The position numbers and the translations under genes were made by a program. Under the pieces are notes generated by a model that saw nothing but the letters and a program-made list of their open reading frames with translations, did no database searches and had not been told where the DNA came from. A stretch of DNA of 39,471 nucleotides from a virus (lineage: Duplodnaviria; Caudoviricetes): IMG/VR virus record IMGVR_UViG_3300020464_000009, positions 1-39,471 of that record; one strand, written 5' to 3'. Of this stretch, positions 26,199 to 35,852 are shown piece after piece (position 1 is the first letter of the stretch; every line of letters starts with the position of its first letter).

Positions 26199-27003
26199 CG
26201 GGAAGAAGGTAATTTTTTACTCTTTCTATTCTAAGGGCAGCCTCAGGAAGTTTATCTACTGGATACGAAGTAATTAAATGATCTTGGCGTCCAAGCATAT
26301 CTGTCTTACCTTCCTCAGCTTTAAACTCATCACACAATTTCTGTACTTCTGGTTTATCCCAAATGTAGTACTCAGCAATCGAGCTCAATTTACGTCGACG
26401 CTTATCTGCGTCCCCCATCCAACTTAAATGCCAACCTGCATCTCGATCTCCTACATAAAAGTTATTTGTGCTTGCACGTAAGGATGAAAGAGTTCCAAAA
26501 TCTTTGAGTTGTTTCACAGTACTAGCTGTGCCACACCGCCAATCGAATTTCTCCCCCGTGGGCGACTCGAGTTGTTTATCCGCCCTGCCGTAGTGCATGG
26601 ACATACTCAATCGCACAATCTTGTCTGGCTGATTTAAAACAGCTTGTTCAATTTCATTCAACTTTGCTGGATTTGCGATTTCATCGCAGTCAGAGCAGAT
26701 AAAAAATGTATCTTCAGGTAGTTGAAACAGGCCGACACTCAGAGCATCCCGCTGTCCTCGCTCTCTGATCCAAGGATCTGGGGCTTCTTCGATCGGAGGT
26801 AGCTCAACATGGAGAACTTGGACTTTTTCTTCGGGGATACCAAGCTCTCTAAGAGTATTAACGCAGCTAAATTCTTTAGGTTCGCCCCGGTGCGTACGAT
26901 TCGCATCAGTAATCAAGAAACCATCTACGTGATCGTATAGCGTTTCAATGCGAAGTTCTAGAAGTTCTTTCTCGTTGAAATACGGAAAGCAATCGATTAA
27001 CAC
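26191..27003 (-). CDS. Glycosyltransferase family 17-like (GnT-III-like)
   Basis: IDCFPYFNEKELLELRI..L...VD.F.I...N.TH.G.PK, WIRERGQRDAL, SDCDEI (DxD) and AGWHLSW are GT17 hallmarks. Confidence 0.85.
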   Translation of the reverse strand: MLIDCFPYFNEKELLELRIETLYDHVDGFLITDANRTHRGEPKEFSCVNTLRELGIPEEKVQVLHVELPPIEEAPDPWIRERGQRDALSVGLFQLPEDTFFICSDCDEIANPAKLNEIEQAVLNQPDKIVRLSMSMHYGRADKQLESPTGEKFDWRCGTASTVKQLKDFGTLSSLRASTNNFYVGDRDAGWHLSWMGDADKRRRKLSSIAEYYIWDKPEVQKLCDEFKAEEGKTDMLGRQDHLITSYPVDKLPEAALRIERVKNYLLPDG

Positions 27004-27034
27004 GTCGAGGACTTCTCAGTAGCAGTATGCTAAC

Positions 27035-27337
27035 TCACTCTTGCGGGGCTGCTACTCCGTTAATGCGCTTCTTAGCCTGTTCTAAAAGATAATTTTTTGT
27101 TCTTTCAACATTTTCATCTGCCATCTCATCCATGCCAGTGTCAAACTCTGGGCGACTTCCGTCGTCAGGCATTGTGGGAGGGACTGGTCCTTCGTCAGCT
27201 TGATCTAAATCAGCCTGGACTTGACCTCGAAAACGACGAGAAGCTTCATCTTCACGCTGCCTTTGTTGACCAGCAGCGTCTAAAGATCGGTTGTAGCGAT
27301 CAGAAAAAAAATCTGCGTAACCAGTAAAGCTATCCAT
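27035..27337 (-). CDS. Acidic hypothetical protein
   Basis: 100 aa, translationally coupled to the upstream gene. Confidence 0.6.
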   Translation of the reverse strand: MDSFTGYADFFSDRYNRSLDAAGQQRQREDEASRRFRGQVQADLDQADEGPVPPTMPDDGSRPEFDTGMDEMADENVERTKNYLLEQAKKRINGVAAPQE

Positions 27338-27621
27338 TAATAGAGAACAATTACGCCTTGGACAGAGCCTCCACTAAGTGTAACTGCACCAAAGGGAAGC
27401 AGTTCATTACCTTGTAAATTTTCAATTTGAATTAAATCAGTAGCTCCATCATTAAAACCGATATACACGTTGTCGGTTCCAGGTGTCGACTTAGCTTCTG
27501 TGTAAAGAGCTCGACATGTAGTAAATGTTTTTTCACCGTCTGCAGGAGCCCAGTGGAATCCACTCGCATAAGGCAGATTAGCTTGCTGCCCGTATACAGA
27601 ACCAAAAGCGCGGATGTCCAT
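27337..27621 (-). CDS. Small beta-rich hypothetical (possible structural) protein
   Basis: 94 aa ending in GELLP-like...VIVLY. Confidence 0.6.
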   Translation of the reverse strand: MDIRAFGSVYGQQANLPYASGFHWAPADGEKTFTTCRALYTEAKSTPGTDNVYIGFNDGATDLIQIENLQGNELLPFGAVTLSGGSVQGVIVLY

Positions 27622-27637
27622 TCTCTAAGTCTTTTTG

Positions 27638-27874
27638 TCAGTCTAACTTACTTAACTCAATAAGCTTTTTCAAATACCACTCTGCTTTTTTTAAATCCTC
27701 AACACCGTTCTTGTGCTCAAAGCGCCAAAGATATTTAAAGCAGGAAAGATGACAAAAGTTCTTGACCGCATCTTGCCCACCAGCAGCCAACATCGCATCG
27801 ATGCACTCAATGTCACCCTGGTTGTAGTGCGTGGGGTGGTCGACTCTATCGGAGTTGTGTAAGGATAAAGTCAT
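27638..27874 (-). CDS. DUF3310-family protein (T7 gp1.7-like nucleotide kinase family)
   Basis: VDHPTHYNQGDIECIDA...KYLWR...KNGVEDLKKAEWYL; ATG 27874 preferred as start. Confidence 0.85.
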   Translation of the reverse strand: MTLSLHNSDRVDHPTHYNQGDIECIDAMLAAGGQDAVKNFCHLSCFKYLWRFEHKNGVEDLKKAEWYLKKLIELSKLD

Positions 27875-27875
27875 G

Positions 27876-28748
27876 TCAGTATGAGAACATGGTTTTCGTG
27901 TCAATGATACTTTGATTTTTTACGAGCGCTGACGAATACTTTTTATCTAAATGCTCGATCAAGGCGTAGTCAGGTATCACTACAGAATCTCCTTCATACG
28001 TAACAGGCACAACGCGGCGATGTTCTTGCCACGGCTTCAGGTCTTCAAAAGCAAGACCCATTGAGGCTCGGTCTGCGATAGGCCAGTTTCTTTTACCTGT
28101 TTTGATGTGACTATGAATCGGATTGCAGCTCCAGCTTTCGACATACTTTTCTGCATCTTCCTGATCCAGAATCATCATCCCTGAGTAGGGGTTGCCCAGA
28201 GTTGTGAATCCAAAAATATCTTCATCAAAAAGTTTTGGAATAAACTCTGATTTAAACGGTATGTCATCCCATACATATTCTGTAACGCCACCCAGTTTCC
28301 ATTTTCGATAGTTATCGAAAGGAATTAACTTGTTGCCTAAGCGCTCAACTCGGCAAAAACCAGGCTCTAAATTATGAGCTTTTAGTTCATCTTTGTGTTT
28401 GTGCCAATAATCAAAATGTTTTTTTGTAAACAACATATCGTTCTCTGAGTACATATAAAAGTCATGTGTCTTCTTGCGAATTTTTCTTATAAGAGAAGGC
28501 TTATGCGCCCAGCAAAGATCGTAGCCCTTGTATTCCTCTCCAGCGACAACGAAGCCAACCCGATTGAAGTTGGTGTGGGAAGCAACGATTAGGGAAAACT
28601 CATCCAGATCTAAACGATGGTCAAAATCAATAAAAATGTCGATTTCTTTTTCAAGCTCTATAGATTCATACCCTTTGAGAACTTTCAGAGTTGTATCTAC
28701 TCGAGCTAAAGGGTTGTGAGCTGTAACTGTGATGTAAATGGATTTCAT
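27876..28748 (-). CDS. Putative GT-A-fold glycosyltransferase
   Basis: N-terminal IYITVTAH strand, DFYMYSENDMLF (E-x-D motif) and NPYSGMMIL; coupled to the terminase stop. Confidence 0.55.
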   Translation of the reverse strand: MKSIYITVTAHNPLARVDTTLKVLKGYESIELEKEIDIFIDFDHRLDLDEFSLIVASHTNFNRVGFVVAGEEYKGYDLCWAHKPSLIRKIRKKTHDFYMYSENDMLFTKKHFDYWHKHKDELKAHNLEPGFCRVERLGNKLIPFDNYRKWKLGGVTEYVWDDIPFKSEFIPKLFDEDIFGFTTLGNPYSGMMILDQEDAEKYVESWSCNPIHSHIKTGKRNWPIADRASMGLAFEDLKPWQEHRRVVPVTYEGDSVVIPDYALIEHLDKKYSSALVKNQSIIDTKTMFSY

Positions 28749-30268
28749 TAGTATTCAACTGAGAAGTTTCCGCGACGCTGAAGGAAGGTCATGAGCCAGG
28801 TGTAAGCGTCTAAGAGGTCGTCGTGAGACGTTGCACCGACATTAATCAACTGATCGGTCAACGCATCGAATTTGCGGTACTTGTTAAAAATGACTTTTTT
28901 ATTCTCTAGTAGACCGAGCGTCCCTCTAAAACGAGCAACTTTATCGCCACGAAAACCTTTAACTTCGTGGATATGCAAGTTTCCCAAACCTCTTTCATTC
29001 AGTAATACCCGTCTCAAATCAGCAGCTAGAGAAGCTTGGTAAGCGACGGCCTCGACGACCAGAGTGACAGTTGAGTAAGTGGGAAAATACTGATCTCCTT
29101 GTAACTCAAGGATTCCCCACTCAACAAGCATGTCGCACAGAAGGTCGATCTTTTCAAGGTTTCCTATAGAACGCACCTGGTGCGCGTCGATAATGTAAAA
29201 CTTATCTTTTAGACGCCCTCCAAGAACAAAGGCTGTGTAATCAGAAGTTTCATTTTTACTGGCGGATAAGTCGATACCCACAGCCAGCGAGTCGAACTCA
29301 GTCTCAACTTCTCCTTTGACGATTAGATCAGGTGATAAAACCAGATCTGACGTCATGACTGGTTGCTGCTGGTACTGGAAAGCAAAAGCGACTGGGTCAA
29401 GTTCTTTCTGCTGCTGAAGGTACTCAACTGACCATTGCTCAGGCCAGTAACTTACTGCGTCACCTTCTGAGTCATAAGTAAGTGCTTCTTGAGAAACTTG
29501 TTTCCATCCCTTTGTGGGAGAGAACATAGTTTTATGAATATCTAGAGGGTGGAATCGGGTTCCCAGACAGATAGAGCGACCGCCCTCAAACACAATCGGA
29601 GCAATAACCGAAGACCAGTTGTTATTCATTTCATCTCTAACAGCAGGGTTTTTAATATCCGCACTGGATTTAATAGGGTCATCCACAATGACCAGGTGAG
29701 CACGTTTAGACGTGATACTTCCTCGAAGACCTGCGGCGCGTAGTGTGAATTCTTCGTCGCCCACACGGTCGATACCGGCATAATCAAAGTCGATTGACCA
29801 ACCGATGTCGCTTTGCATACCTGACTTGAGCTTGACTTTCGGAAAGATTTTTTTAAAGGAGGTCGAATCGATAATTTGCTTGATGATCCGACTTTTAGGT
29901 ATTGCCGTTGCGATGTTGTACGAACAGTAGATTATCTGCAAAGGCATACCTTTACTTGTGTGCCTTCCAATAGTCCAGGCGGTGAACATATTGAGCACAG
30001 TCGACTTAGCACTACCGCGAGGTGCCAAGATATCTAAATTAGGTCCTGCAATATCAAGAAGGTATCTATTGCTCACACCAGTAATTAAATGCTTGTGCCA
30101 CTCCAGCATGTGGTGCGCTGGAGCTTTATCCATAATTGTGCAAAAGGTCAGGAAATCATCCTGAGCTCTTGCAAACACACTATCTACCGTGGAGTCATTA
30201 TCATCAACAGCTTTCTGTGCTCTTAGCCTCAGTGCGCGACGGTATGCAAATGTTTCTCTGCTAGGCAT
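28748..30268 (-). CDS. terL: Terminase large subunit
   Basis: Walker A APRGSAKST, Walker B LVIVDD, coupling motif LGTRFH, YQQQP, and RNase-H-like GIDLS...SDYTA...HDDLLDA. Confidence 0.95.
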   Translation of the reverse strand: MPSRETFAYRRALRLRAQKAVDDNDSTVDSVFARAQDDFLTFCTIMDKAPAHHMLEWHKHLITGVSNRYLLDIAGPNLDILAPRGSAKSTVLNMFTAWTIGRHTSKGMPLQIIYCSYNIATAIPKSRIIKQIIDSTSFKKIFPKVKLKSGMQSDIGWSIDFDYAGIDRVGDEEFTLRAAGLRGSITSKRAHLVIVDDPIKSSADIKNPAVRDEMNNNWSSVIAPIVFEGGRSICLGTRFHPLDIHKTMFSPTKGWKQVSQEALTYDSEGDAVSYWPEQWSVEYLQQQKELDPVAFAFQYQQQPVMTSDLVLSPDLIVKGEVETEFDSLAVGIDLSASKNETSDYTAFVLGGRLKDKFYIIDAHQVRSIGNLEKIDLLCDMLVEWGILELQGDQYFPTYSTVTLVVEAVAYQASLAADLRRVLLNERGLGNLHIHEVKGFRGDKVARFRGTLGLLENKKVIFNKYRKFDALTDQLINVGATSHDDLLDAYTWLMTFLQRRGNFSVEY

Positions 30269-30312
30269 TATCGTTTAGTGTTTGTATACTGATAGCGAAA
30301 TTCTAAACCCGT

Positions 30313-31476
30313 ATGTCGAAGATTCTTTGGTACGGAGATGCTTGTTCTAATACTGGTTTCGCTCGTGTAACTCATAGCATTCTAGATCACCTCAGTAAAG
30401 AGCATGAGATAGTTTCTTTTGGCATAAACTACCAAGGAGATCCTCACAGTTACCCGTTTAAGATTTATCCAGCTAGCGCTCATAATCCTCAAGATCGATT
30501 TGGGATCGGAAGGATCCAGCAGATTGTTGAGATTGAACGCCCTGATTACATTATTTGCTTAAACGATCTATGGATCGTTAATCAGGTGTGGGAACGAGTT
30601 CATCTTCTCAAAGATCAATTTAAATTCAAATTTATTGCATACTTCCCTACTGACTCAGAGTGGTATCCGATGCCGATGCTGAGGTACATCGAGCACTGGG
30701 ATTTTGCAATTACATTCACGCCCGAGCAAGCACAGCGCTTGATGTCGCATGGTATCAAACCCAAGAAACTCGGAGTAATCCCACACGGTCTAGATCAAGG
30801 TAAATTCCATGTGATCGAGCGCGACGAAGCTAGAAAACGACTAGGTCTTCCTTTGGACAAGTTTATTGTCTTTAACGGAAACAGAAATCAACCTCGCAAA
30901 CTGATTGATCAAACGATTAAAGCTTTTGCTGAGTTTGCCAAAGACAAAGAAGACGCTCTTCTCTACCTGAATATGGGCGAGAAAGATCTTGGCTGGGCAA
31001 TCACAGAACTCTTCGAAACCGAGATGCGTCGAAGAGGAGCCGACCCCACAGCGAAACTGGCTGTTACACCAGGCATCAACTACATGGCTGCCCCGCCGGA
31101 TGAGCAACTTAATCTCATTTACAACGCTGTAGATATTGGTATTAACACTGCGAATGGAGAAGGTTGGGGACTTGTCCCGTTCGAGCACGCAATGTGCAAA
31201 AAACCTCAGATCGTACCAGCTCATACCTCGTGTCAAGACATCTGGAAAGATAAAGGTCTTCTTATCGATGTAGCAGCTTGGGTTACCGATAAAGATCTCG
31301 GTGTCGAAAGAGGCGTTATCAACTACAAGCACGCAGCCGAACTAATTCAAAAGCTTTACGAAGACGAGGCATATCGTAAAAAAGTAGGAGACGACTGTTA
31401 CCAAGTCACCCAGAATCCCTCCTATAGGTGGGACAAAATCGCCGAAGGTTTCACCAAAGCCATGGAGCTAGCCTGA
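30313..31476 (+). CDS. GT-B fold glycosyltransferase (GT4-like)
   Basis: TGFARV, VIPHGLD, NRNQPRK and YNAVDIGINTANGEGWGLVPFEHAMC (E-x7-E). Confidence 0.9.
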   Translation: MSKILWYGDACSNTGFARVTHSILDHLSKEHEIVSFGINYQGDPHSYPFKIYPASAHNPQDRFGIGRIQQIVEIERPDYIICLNDLWIVNQVWERVHLLKDQFKFKFIAYFPTDSEWYPMPMLRYIEHWDFAITFTPEQAQRLMSHGIKPKKLGVIPHGLDQGKFHVIERDEARKRLGLPLDKFIVFNGNRNQPRKLIDQTIKAFAEFAKDKEDALLYLNMGEKDLGWAITELFETEMRRRGADPTAKLAVTPGINYMAAPPDEQLNLIYNAVDIGINTANGEGWGLVPFEHAMCKKPQIVPAHTSCQDIWKDKGLLIDVAAWVTDKDLGVERGVINYKHAAELIQKLYEDEAYRKKVGDDCYQVTQNPSYRWDKIAEGFTKAMELA

Positions 31477-32567
31477 TGTCTCAACAACAACTTCGATATC
31501 AAACCACGCTCAAGTACACCCAAGTACCTGTAAACATCCGCAGCAAGCGTGGCTACCCGACGGTCTATCAGCAGGCTGATGACATAGGAGGTAAATTCTC
31601 ACGAATTTACTGGGGACTACCAGAAAATTCAGTGGCTAATTTCAGCCCCTGCTTAGTAAATCATCAAGGTCACAGGCTTATTTCATTCAGAAGTCAGCCG
31701 CAACCTTTTGTGTTCAGGCACGATAGAAAATATTTCTATTACAACAACACACCAACCGAGATCTACATCGGTGAGTTGACTTCAGAAAATGCTATTTCAG
31801 GAGCTAAAAAAATCAGAAACAAGCCGCACAGGCTTAGTTACGAAGATGCAAGGCTTTTCAAAGCGCCTGATGACGAGTTGTACTTGCAATTCATTACGAG
31901 CTCATACGCCTCGAAATGGGACAGCTCAAAGCACACTATGGTAAACCAACCAAAAGTGTGCGTTGGTCACATTGATGAGTTTGGAGAAGTTAACGACTGC
32001 ATCTACCCTCCTGTAGGCGACAACCTAAAGCCAGGGAAAGCCGAAAAGAACTGGTGTTTTTTCAGTGAAGGAGGAAGACTTCGCCTCTTATACTCGACCG
32101 TTCCAATCTCAATCAGAACACCCGGTGAACCAGACATAGAAATTGATTCGTCAAGCCTTAAAAAGGTCGTCGGCGAATCACCCACATTCAACTCAACCGC
32201 TCCTATTGACATCGGTGACGAGTGGTTAGTGTTTTTCCACTGGAAATACATGGCTGTAGATACAGCTACACAACGTCCTCACCTTCTATACCACTTGGGT
32301 GCCTACACCCTCGATAAAAATTTCACCAAAATTACACGCCAATGCACTGAAGCTCTTTTCAGTGGCTCAACAAACGATGATTTGATTTGGTGGACAGACT
32401 GTGTGGGCACTCCCGTCTCAACTCAGCCAGCTTGTATTCTTCCTTTCGGTGGGGAGTACGTCGAAGAAGACGATACGATTGAGCTAGCTCTCGGGGTCAA
32501 CGACAGTTTCATGGGCATCTTCAAATGCCCGCTGGTTAATATCTTGGGACTCCTCGAGACGGTCTAA
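31476..32567 (+). CDS. Five-bladed beta-propeller glycoside phosphorylase/transferase-like protein (GH130/GT91/GT108-like)
   Basis: FSPCLV, YEDARLF, EKNWCFF, LLYS and LGVNDS motifs; its ATG overlaps the GT4 stop (TGATG). Confidence 0.7.
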   Translation: MSQQQLRYQTTLKYTQVPVNIRSKRGYPTVYQQADDIGGKFSRIYWGLPENSVANFSPCLVNHQGHRLISFRSQPQPFVFRHDRKYFYYNNTPTEIYIGELTSENAISGAKKIRNKPHRLSYEDARLFKAPDDELYLQFITSSYASKWDSSKHTMVNQPKVCVGHIDEFGEVNDCIYPPVGDNLKPGKAEKNWCFFSEGGRLRLLYSTVPISIRTPGEPDIEIDSSSLKKVVGESPTFNSTAPIDIGDEWLVFFHWKYMAVDTATQRPHLLYHLGAYTLDKNFTKITRQCTEALFSGSTNDDLIWWTDCVGTPVSTQPACILPFGGEYVEEDDTIELALGVNDSFMGIFKCPLVNILGLLETV

Positions 32568-32699
32568 ATAATTGATAATAAGATCCCTGAGTTCTTTATA
32601 ACGAATGAACCAATCAGGGATCAAACCAAAATGCGGTAGATAGCTACGGTCATATTCAGTGTCTTCAATGAACTGAATAATCCGTTCCTTATCCGTCAC
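32484..32699 (-). CDS. Hypothetical protein
   Basis: GTG start overlaps the upstream TGA; 84-nt convergent overlap with the propeller gene. Confidence 0.45.
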   Translation of the reverse strand: MTDKERIIQFIEDTEYDRSYLPHFGLIPDWFIRYKELRDLIINYLDRLEESQDINQRAFEDAHETVVDPES

Positions 32700-33226
32700 G
32701 ATTTTTCTTCTCGTTCAATAGTCGACCATACAACGATTGAAGCTTCATCGATCAAATCAGACATAGTCGGTGAATCTTCGAAGCTATTTACGAGCTCACG
32801 TAAACAACGATCCGCACCAGCAAGTAAAAGCCCACGGCGATCAATACCATCAGTGAGCTGTCTGACCGCCTGGATGTGCGAGCGGAGTTCTTTTTGGAGG
32901 ACGCTGATTTTTGTGGCTGCTGTGGCATGATCTAGCATTCCCGTAAGGGTCATTTGCCGGACGTTATCGATATCCATTTTCAGGCTATCGATTTCGATCA
33001 GCAGGACTTTACGCAAATCTTGCTTGGGGTATTTTTCTTGTAGCCAGGCGGTGAGGTCAGCGATTGAGCCGGTGTAGCCAGGACGCAAAAAGCGAGCATA
33101 TAAATAACTCTCAATATCACTCGTGCTGTTCTTGACGTAGTGCAAGAAAGCATCTTTTTGGGTCTTGCCTAGTGTGTCTAACCAAGCCCCGACAGTATTA
33201 GTATCAGGTGCTTGAGTAGAAATCAT
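32696..33226 (-). CDS. Helical hypothetical protein (terminase small subunit candidate)
   Basis: 176 aa, all-helical-looking, upstream of terL on the same strand; assignment is positional only. Confidence 0.45.
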   Translation of the reverse strand: MISTQAPDTNTVGAWLDTLGKTQKDAFLHYVKNSTSDIESYLYARFLRPGYTGSIADLTAWLQEKYPKQDLRKVLLIEIDSLKMDIDNVRQMTLTGMLDHATAATKISVLQKELRSHIQAVRQLTDGIDRRGLLLAGADRCLRELVNSFEDSPTMSDLIDEASIVVWSTIEREEKS

Positions 33227-34128
33227 CCGAAATACCGTTGACCAGCCATTGCAATATTAACTGCATTGGCTCTTAAGTCTTTCGTAGCCGCAGTGTTTGC
33301 ACGGATACGAGCGATGTCACTTTCGGTCTTAGCTTTGTTCAGCGTAAGGTTGCCCATGATGTTCTGATCACCCAGCGCAAGTTGACCTCTAATTCGCTGA
33401 TCACCTAACCGAAGCTGACCTCCAATTTGCTGATTATTGAGCTGAAGTTGACCAGCAATTCGCTGAGCACCTTGAGCTAAAGCGCTCTGAGCGGCTGCAC
33501 GGGTCGTGGCTAATGTACCAAGATTTTTATTGAACTCCTGAGCAATATTTGCTTTAGAAGCTTCTTGAAGAGCCCTAATACCTAAATTGGTTTCTCCAAG
33601 GCTCTTTGCAAGTTCATTGTCCCCTGCTCGAGCAGCCGTTGCCGCTTGAGCCATGTACTGAGGACCGAGAAGTGCAACACCAAGACGTGCCTTGCCGAGG
33701 TCTTCTTGCAGACCAATGCCTGCGTTTAGAAGTTGGGCAACCTCACTTCCTTGAAGCTGCGTGGCGGTGTTGCCACGGAATGCTGCATCGGCAAGCGCTC
33801 TTGCTGAGCCTTGTTGCAGACCCTGAGCTAGTAAAGCTTGTGCGTAAGTAGAACTCTCTAAAGCAGAGCCGAACTCCGATGTGGCGAGACTTAAAGGGTT
33901 GTTGGCCGCCGCTGCTGCAGCTCCGTACTGGGCGTAGAAGTCAAGAGGAGTGCGCTGATATCCAGCTGCCTGTTGTTGTCCGCCGCCTCCTCCTGACGAA
34001 CTGCCTCCTCCTGAAGAACCGCCTCCACTAAGACCTCCGCTGACACCACCAAGTACAGCTCCGACTGGACCGCCGGTTAAAAACCCACCGGCAGCACCTG
34101 TAATTGCACCTATTGGATTAAATCCCAT
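33223..34128 (-). CDS. DNA pilot / ejection protein-like
   Basis: Gly-rich hydrophobic N-terminus (IGAITGAAGGFLTGGPVGAVLGG), Ala/Gln-rich helical body and four 11-residue repeats. Confidence 0.6.
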   Translation of the reverse strand: MGFNPIGAITGAAGGFLTGGPVGAVLGGVSGGLSGGGSSGGGSSSGGGGGQQQAAGYQRTPLDFYAQYGAAAAAANNPLSLATSEFGSALESSTYAQALLAQGLQQGSARALADAAFRGNTATQLQGSEVAQLLNAGIGLQEDLGKARLGVALLGPQYMAQAATAARAGDNELAKSLGETNLGIRALQEASKANIAQEFNKNLGTLATTRAAAQSALAQGAQRIAGQLQLNNQQIGGQLRLGDQRIRGQLALGDQNIMGNLTLNKAKTESDIARIRANTAATKDLRANAVNIAMAGQRYFG

Positions 34129-34799
34129 CAGTTCCCCCTCGGCATCTGGAAAGTGGGAGTTTCAAAAGAAACAGCCTTATATAACGATGATAATCCACTC
34201 ATCGGAGACATCATCGACTTAACGAGTTCAGCATCCGGGCGATTAGCTTTGTACGCCACCATGGTCAAAGCTTTTGCGACCTCGGCTTCACGTAAAGCAT
34301 TAGCGTTGTACCGAGCGATATTTTCTCGTGTACGGGCTTGGATTGCATCACGCTCAAGGGCAATTCTGCCCTTCAGTTCGAGAAGCTCTTTCTGCCGCTC
34401 GAACGTTAATCCGCCGAGTTCAAGAAGCTTATCAATATCTGACTCTGCCTGATCTAATTCAGGGGTGTCAACTTTGACAGTATTAGGGTCAACAAGATCA
34501 GGTGATTTAATATCTAATTCACCAGGCTCCGGAGAAGGAGAAGGGGACTGTACAGGTACATTACCCTCATAAGGATCAACAGGAAGTGGCATAATATCTG
34601 GCCCAACCTGATCGCCAGGTTGAACACGAGCCTGTTGGGCTGACCTTACAGTTTGAACCTGAGGAGCTTCATCACCCACGTTTAAACGTATGGTGGCAGC
34701 TTCTTCTGGATTAAGAAGATTAGGAATGCCTTGCCTTGTCAGGCTCTGCCGCATCGGAAGAGGCAGACCTTGGAACATAGAAACGTCGAGTTCTTCCAT
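34128..34799 (-). CDS. Putative internal virion protein
   Basis: Pro-rich N-half and coiled-coil C-half; coupled to the pilot-like gene. Confidence 0.55.
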   Translation of the reverse strand: MEELDVSMFQGLPLPMRQSLTRQGIPNLLNPEEAATIRLNVGDEAPQVQTVRSAQQARVQPGDQVGPDIMPLPVDPYEGNVPVQSPSPSPEPGELDIKSPDLVDPNTVKVDTPELDQAESDIDKLLELGGLTFERQKELLELKGRIALERDAIQARTRENIARYNANALREAEVAKALTMVAYKANRPDAELVKSMMSPMSGLSSLYKAVSFETPTFQMPRGN

Positions 34800-34806
34800 G
34801 ATTACC

Positions 34807-35616
34807 TCAGTATTGGCGTTGGGGCAGAAGGTCAGTATTCATTGAACCTCCCGTGGATCTTATTACTTGGCCCGCAAGATCTAAAACCTTGCGCTTGTTC
34901 TCAGCTTCTTCTTTAATTCGCTGTAAAGCCTGCTCTCCTTCAAGCTCCTGCTGTCTTTCCATTATTTTTCTTTTTGTTCCTTCTGTAAAGTCATACCGAT
35001 TATCTGCTCTGATTGTGTCTAAGACCTCTTGAGGGTCCTTTAGTTGTTTTAATAAATTTTCCGCTTGTTCTCTTTCCCCCAGTATGTACAGTCGACGTGC
35101 TTGGCCTCTAATATTTTGATTGTAAACTTGAACTGCGTTCAAAACATCAGTGGCTTCAGCCGCTTTGAGTGTAAGTGGTGCTTTGCCGCCGTCTGTTGTG
35201 GGGGTAGGGAGATCATCAGAAACAGCTGGTTTGACTAGATCTTGAATAGCATTTACTCCTGCAGTGACACCAGAAGTAAGACCACCGCCTAACACAGCAT
35301 ACCCAATACCCCTCATACTCTCCCTTCGATCAGAACCCTTGGGACCGATAATTGCTTCGACCGGCCCTTCGGGGGTTGCAGCTCTAATTTCCTTTTCTTT
35401 TGCTGCAGCAGCTGCTTGTTCTTGTAAGGTGAGTTCTCTTGCTTTAACAGATTCTGCAGTCTCTCGAGCAGCTCGAGAAGTGGCAGGCTCGAACTCTAAA
35501 TCAGTAAGTTTTTGAGCAGCCTGGAGTCGATCAGCATCAGTAGCATCAGGAAGCTCTTTCTTCAGAGCTTTTAGAGCTCGCTCTAGAAAAAGAAGTTTTG
35601 CATTTCTAGGTGCCAT
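34807..35616 (-). CDS. Putative internal virion protein
   Basis: Coiled-coil segments flanking a Gly-rich hydrophobic segment (GIGYAVLGGGLTSGVTAGV). Confidence 0.55.
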   Translation of the reverse strand: MAPRNAKLLFLERALKALKKELPDATDADRLQAAQKLTDLEFEPATSRAARETAESVKARELTLQEQAAAAAKEKEIRAATPEGPVEAIIGPKGSDRRESMRGIGYAVLGGGLTSGVTAGVNAIQDLVKPAVSDDLPTPTTDGGKAPLTLKAAEATDVLNAVQVYNQNIRGQARRLYILGEREQAENLLKQLKDPQEVLDTIRADNRYDFTEGTKRKIMERQQELEGEQALQRIKEEAENKRKVLDLAGQVIRSTGGSMNTDLLPQRQY

Positions 35617-35852
35617 TAGCTTCCTGCAGGGTTATCGAAAGATGTGCCGCTTAGTGGCTTTTTCATTTCTAAGTTTAATCCTTTATCGTGAGACATCATG
35701 GGAACTTGCGTAGCCTTTTGATCAGCAGAAGGCATAGCTGTAGTTTGTGGAAAATTAGAAGCTAGATAACGACGCATAAATTCCACAGGATTTTGCACCG
35801 GAGCCTCTAACTTGACGTCTCGCTCTTCAAGTTGTCTTTGACTCTGATTCAT
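35616..35852 (-). CDS. Hypothetical protein
   Basis: 78 aa with stop/start overlaps on both sides. Confidence 0.6.
   Translation of the reverse strand: MNQSQRQLEERDVKLEAPVQNPVEFMRRYLASNFPQTTAMPSADQKATQVPMMSHDKGLNLEMKKPLSGTSFDNPAGS

Noticed and set aside
30841-31332. 163-aa minus-strand ORF
   Set aside because: Antisense to the well-supported GT4 gene, with no recognisable features.
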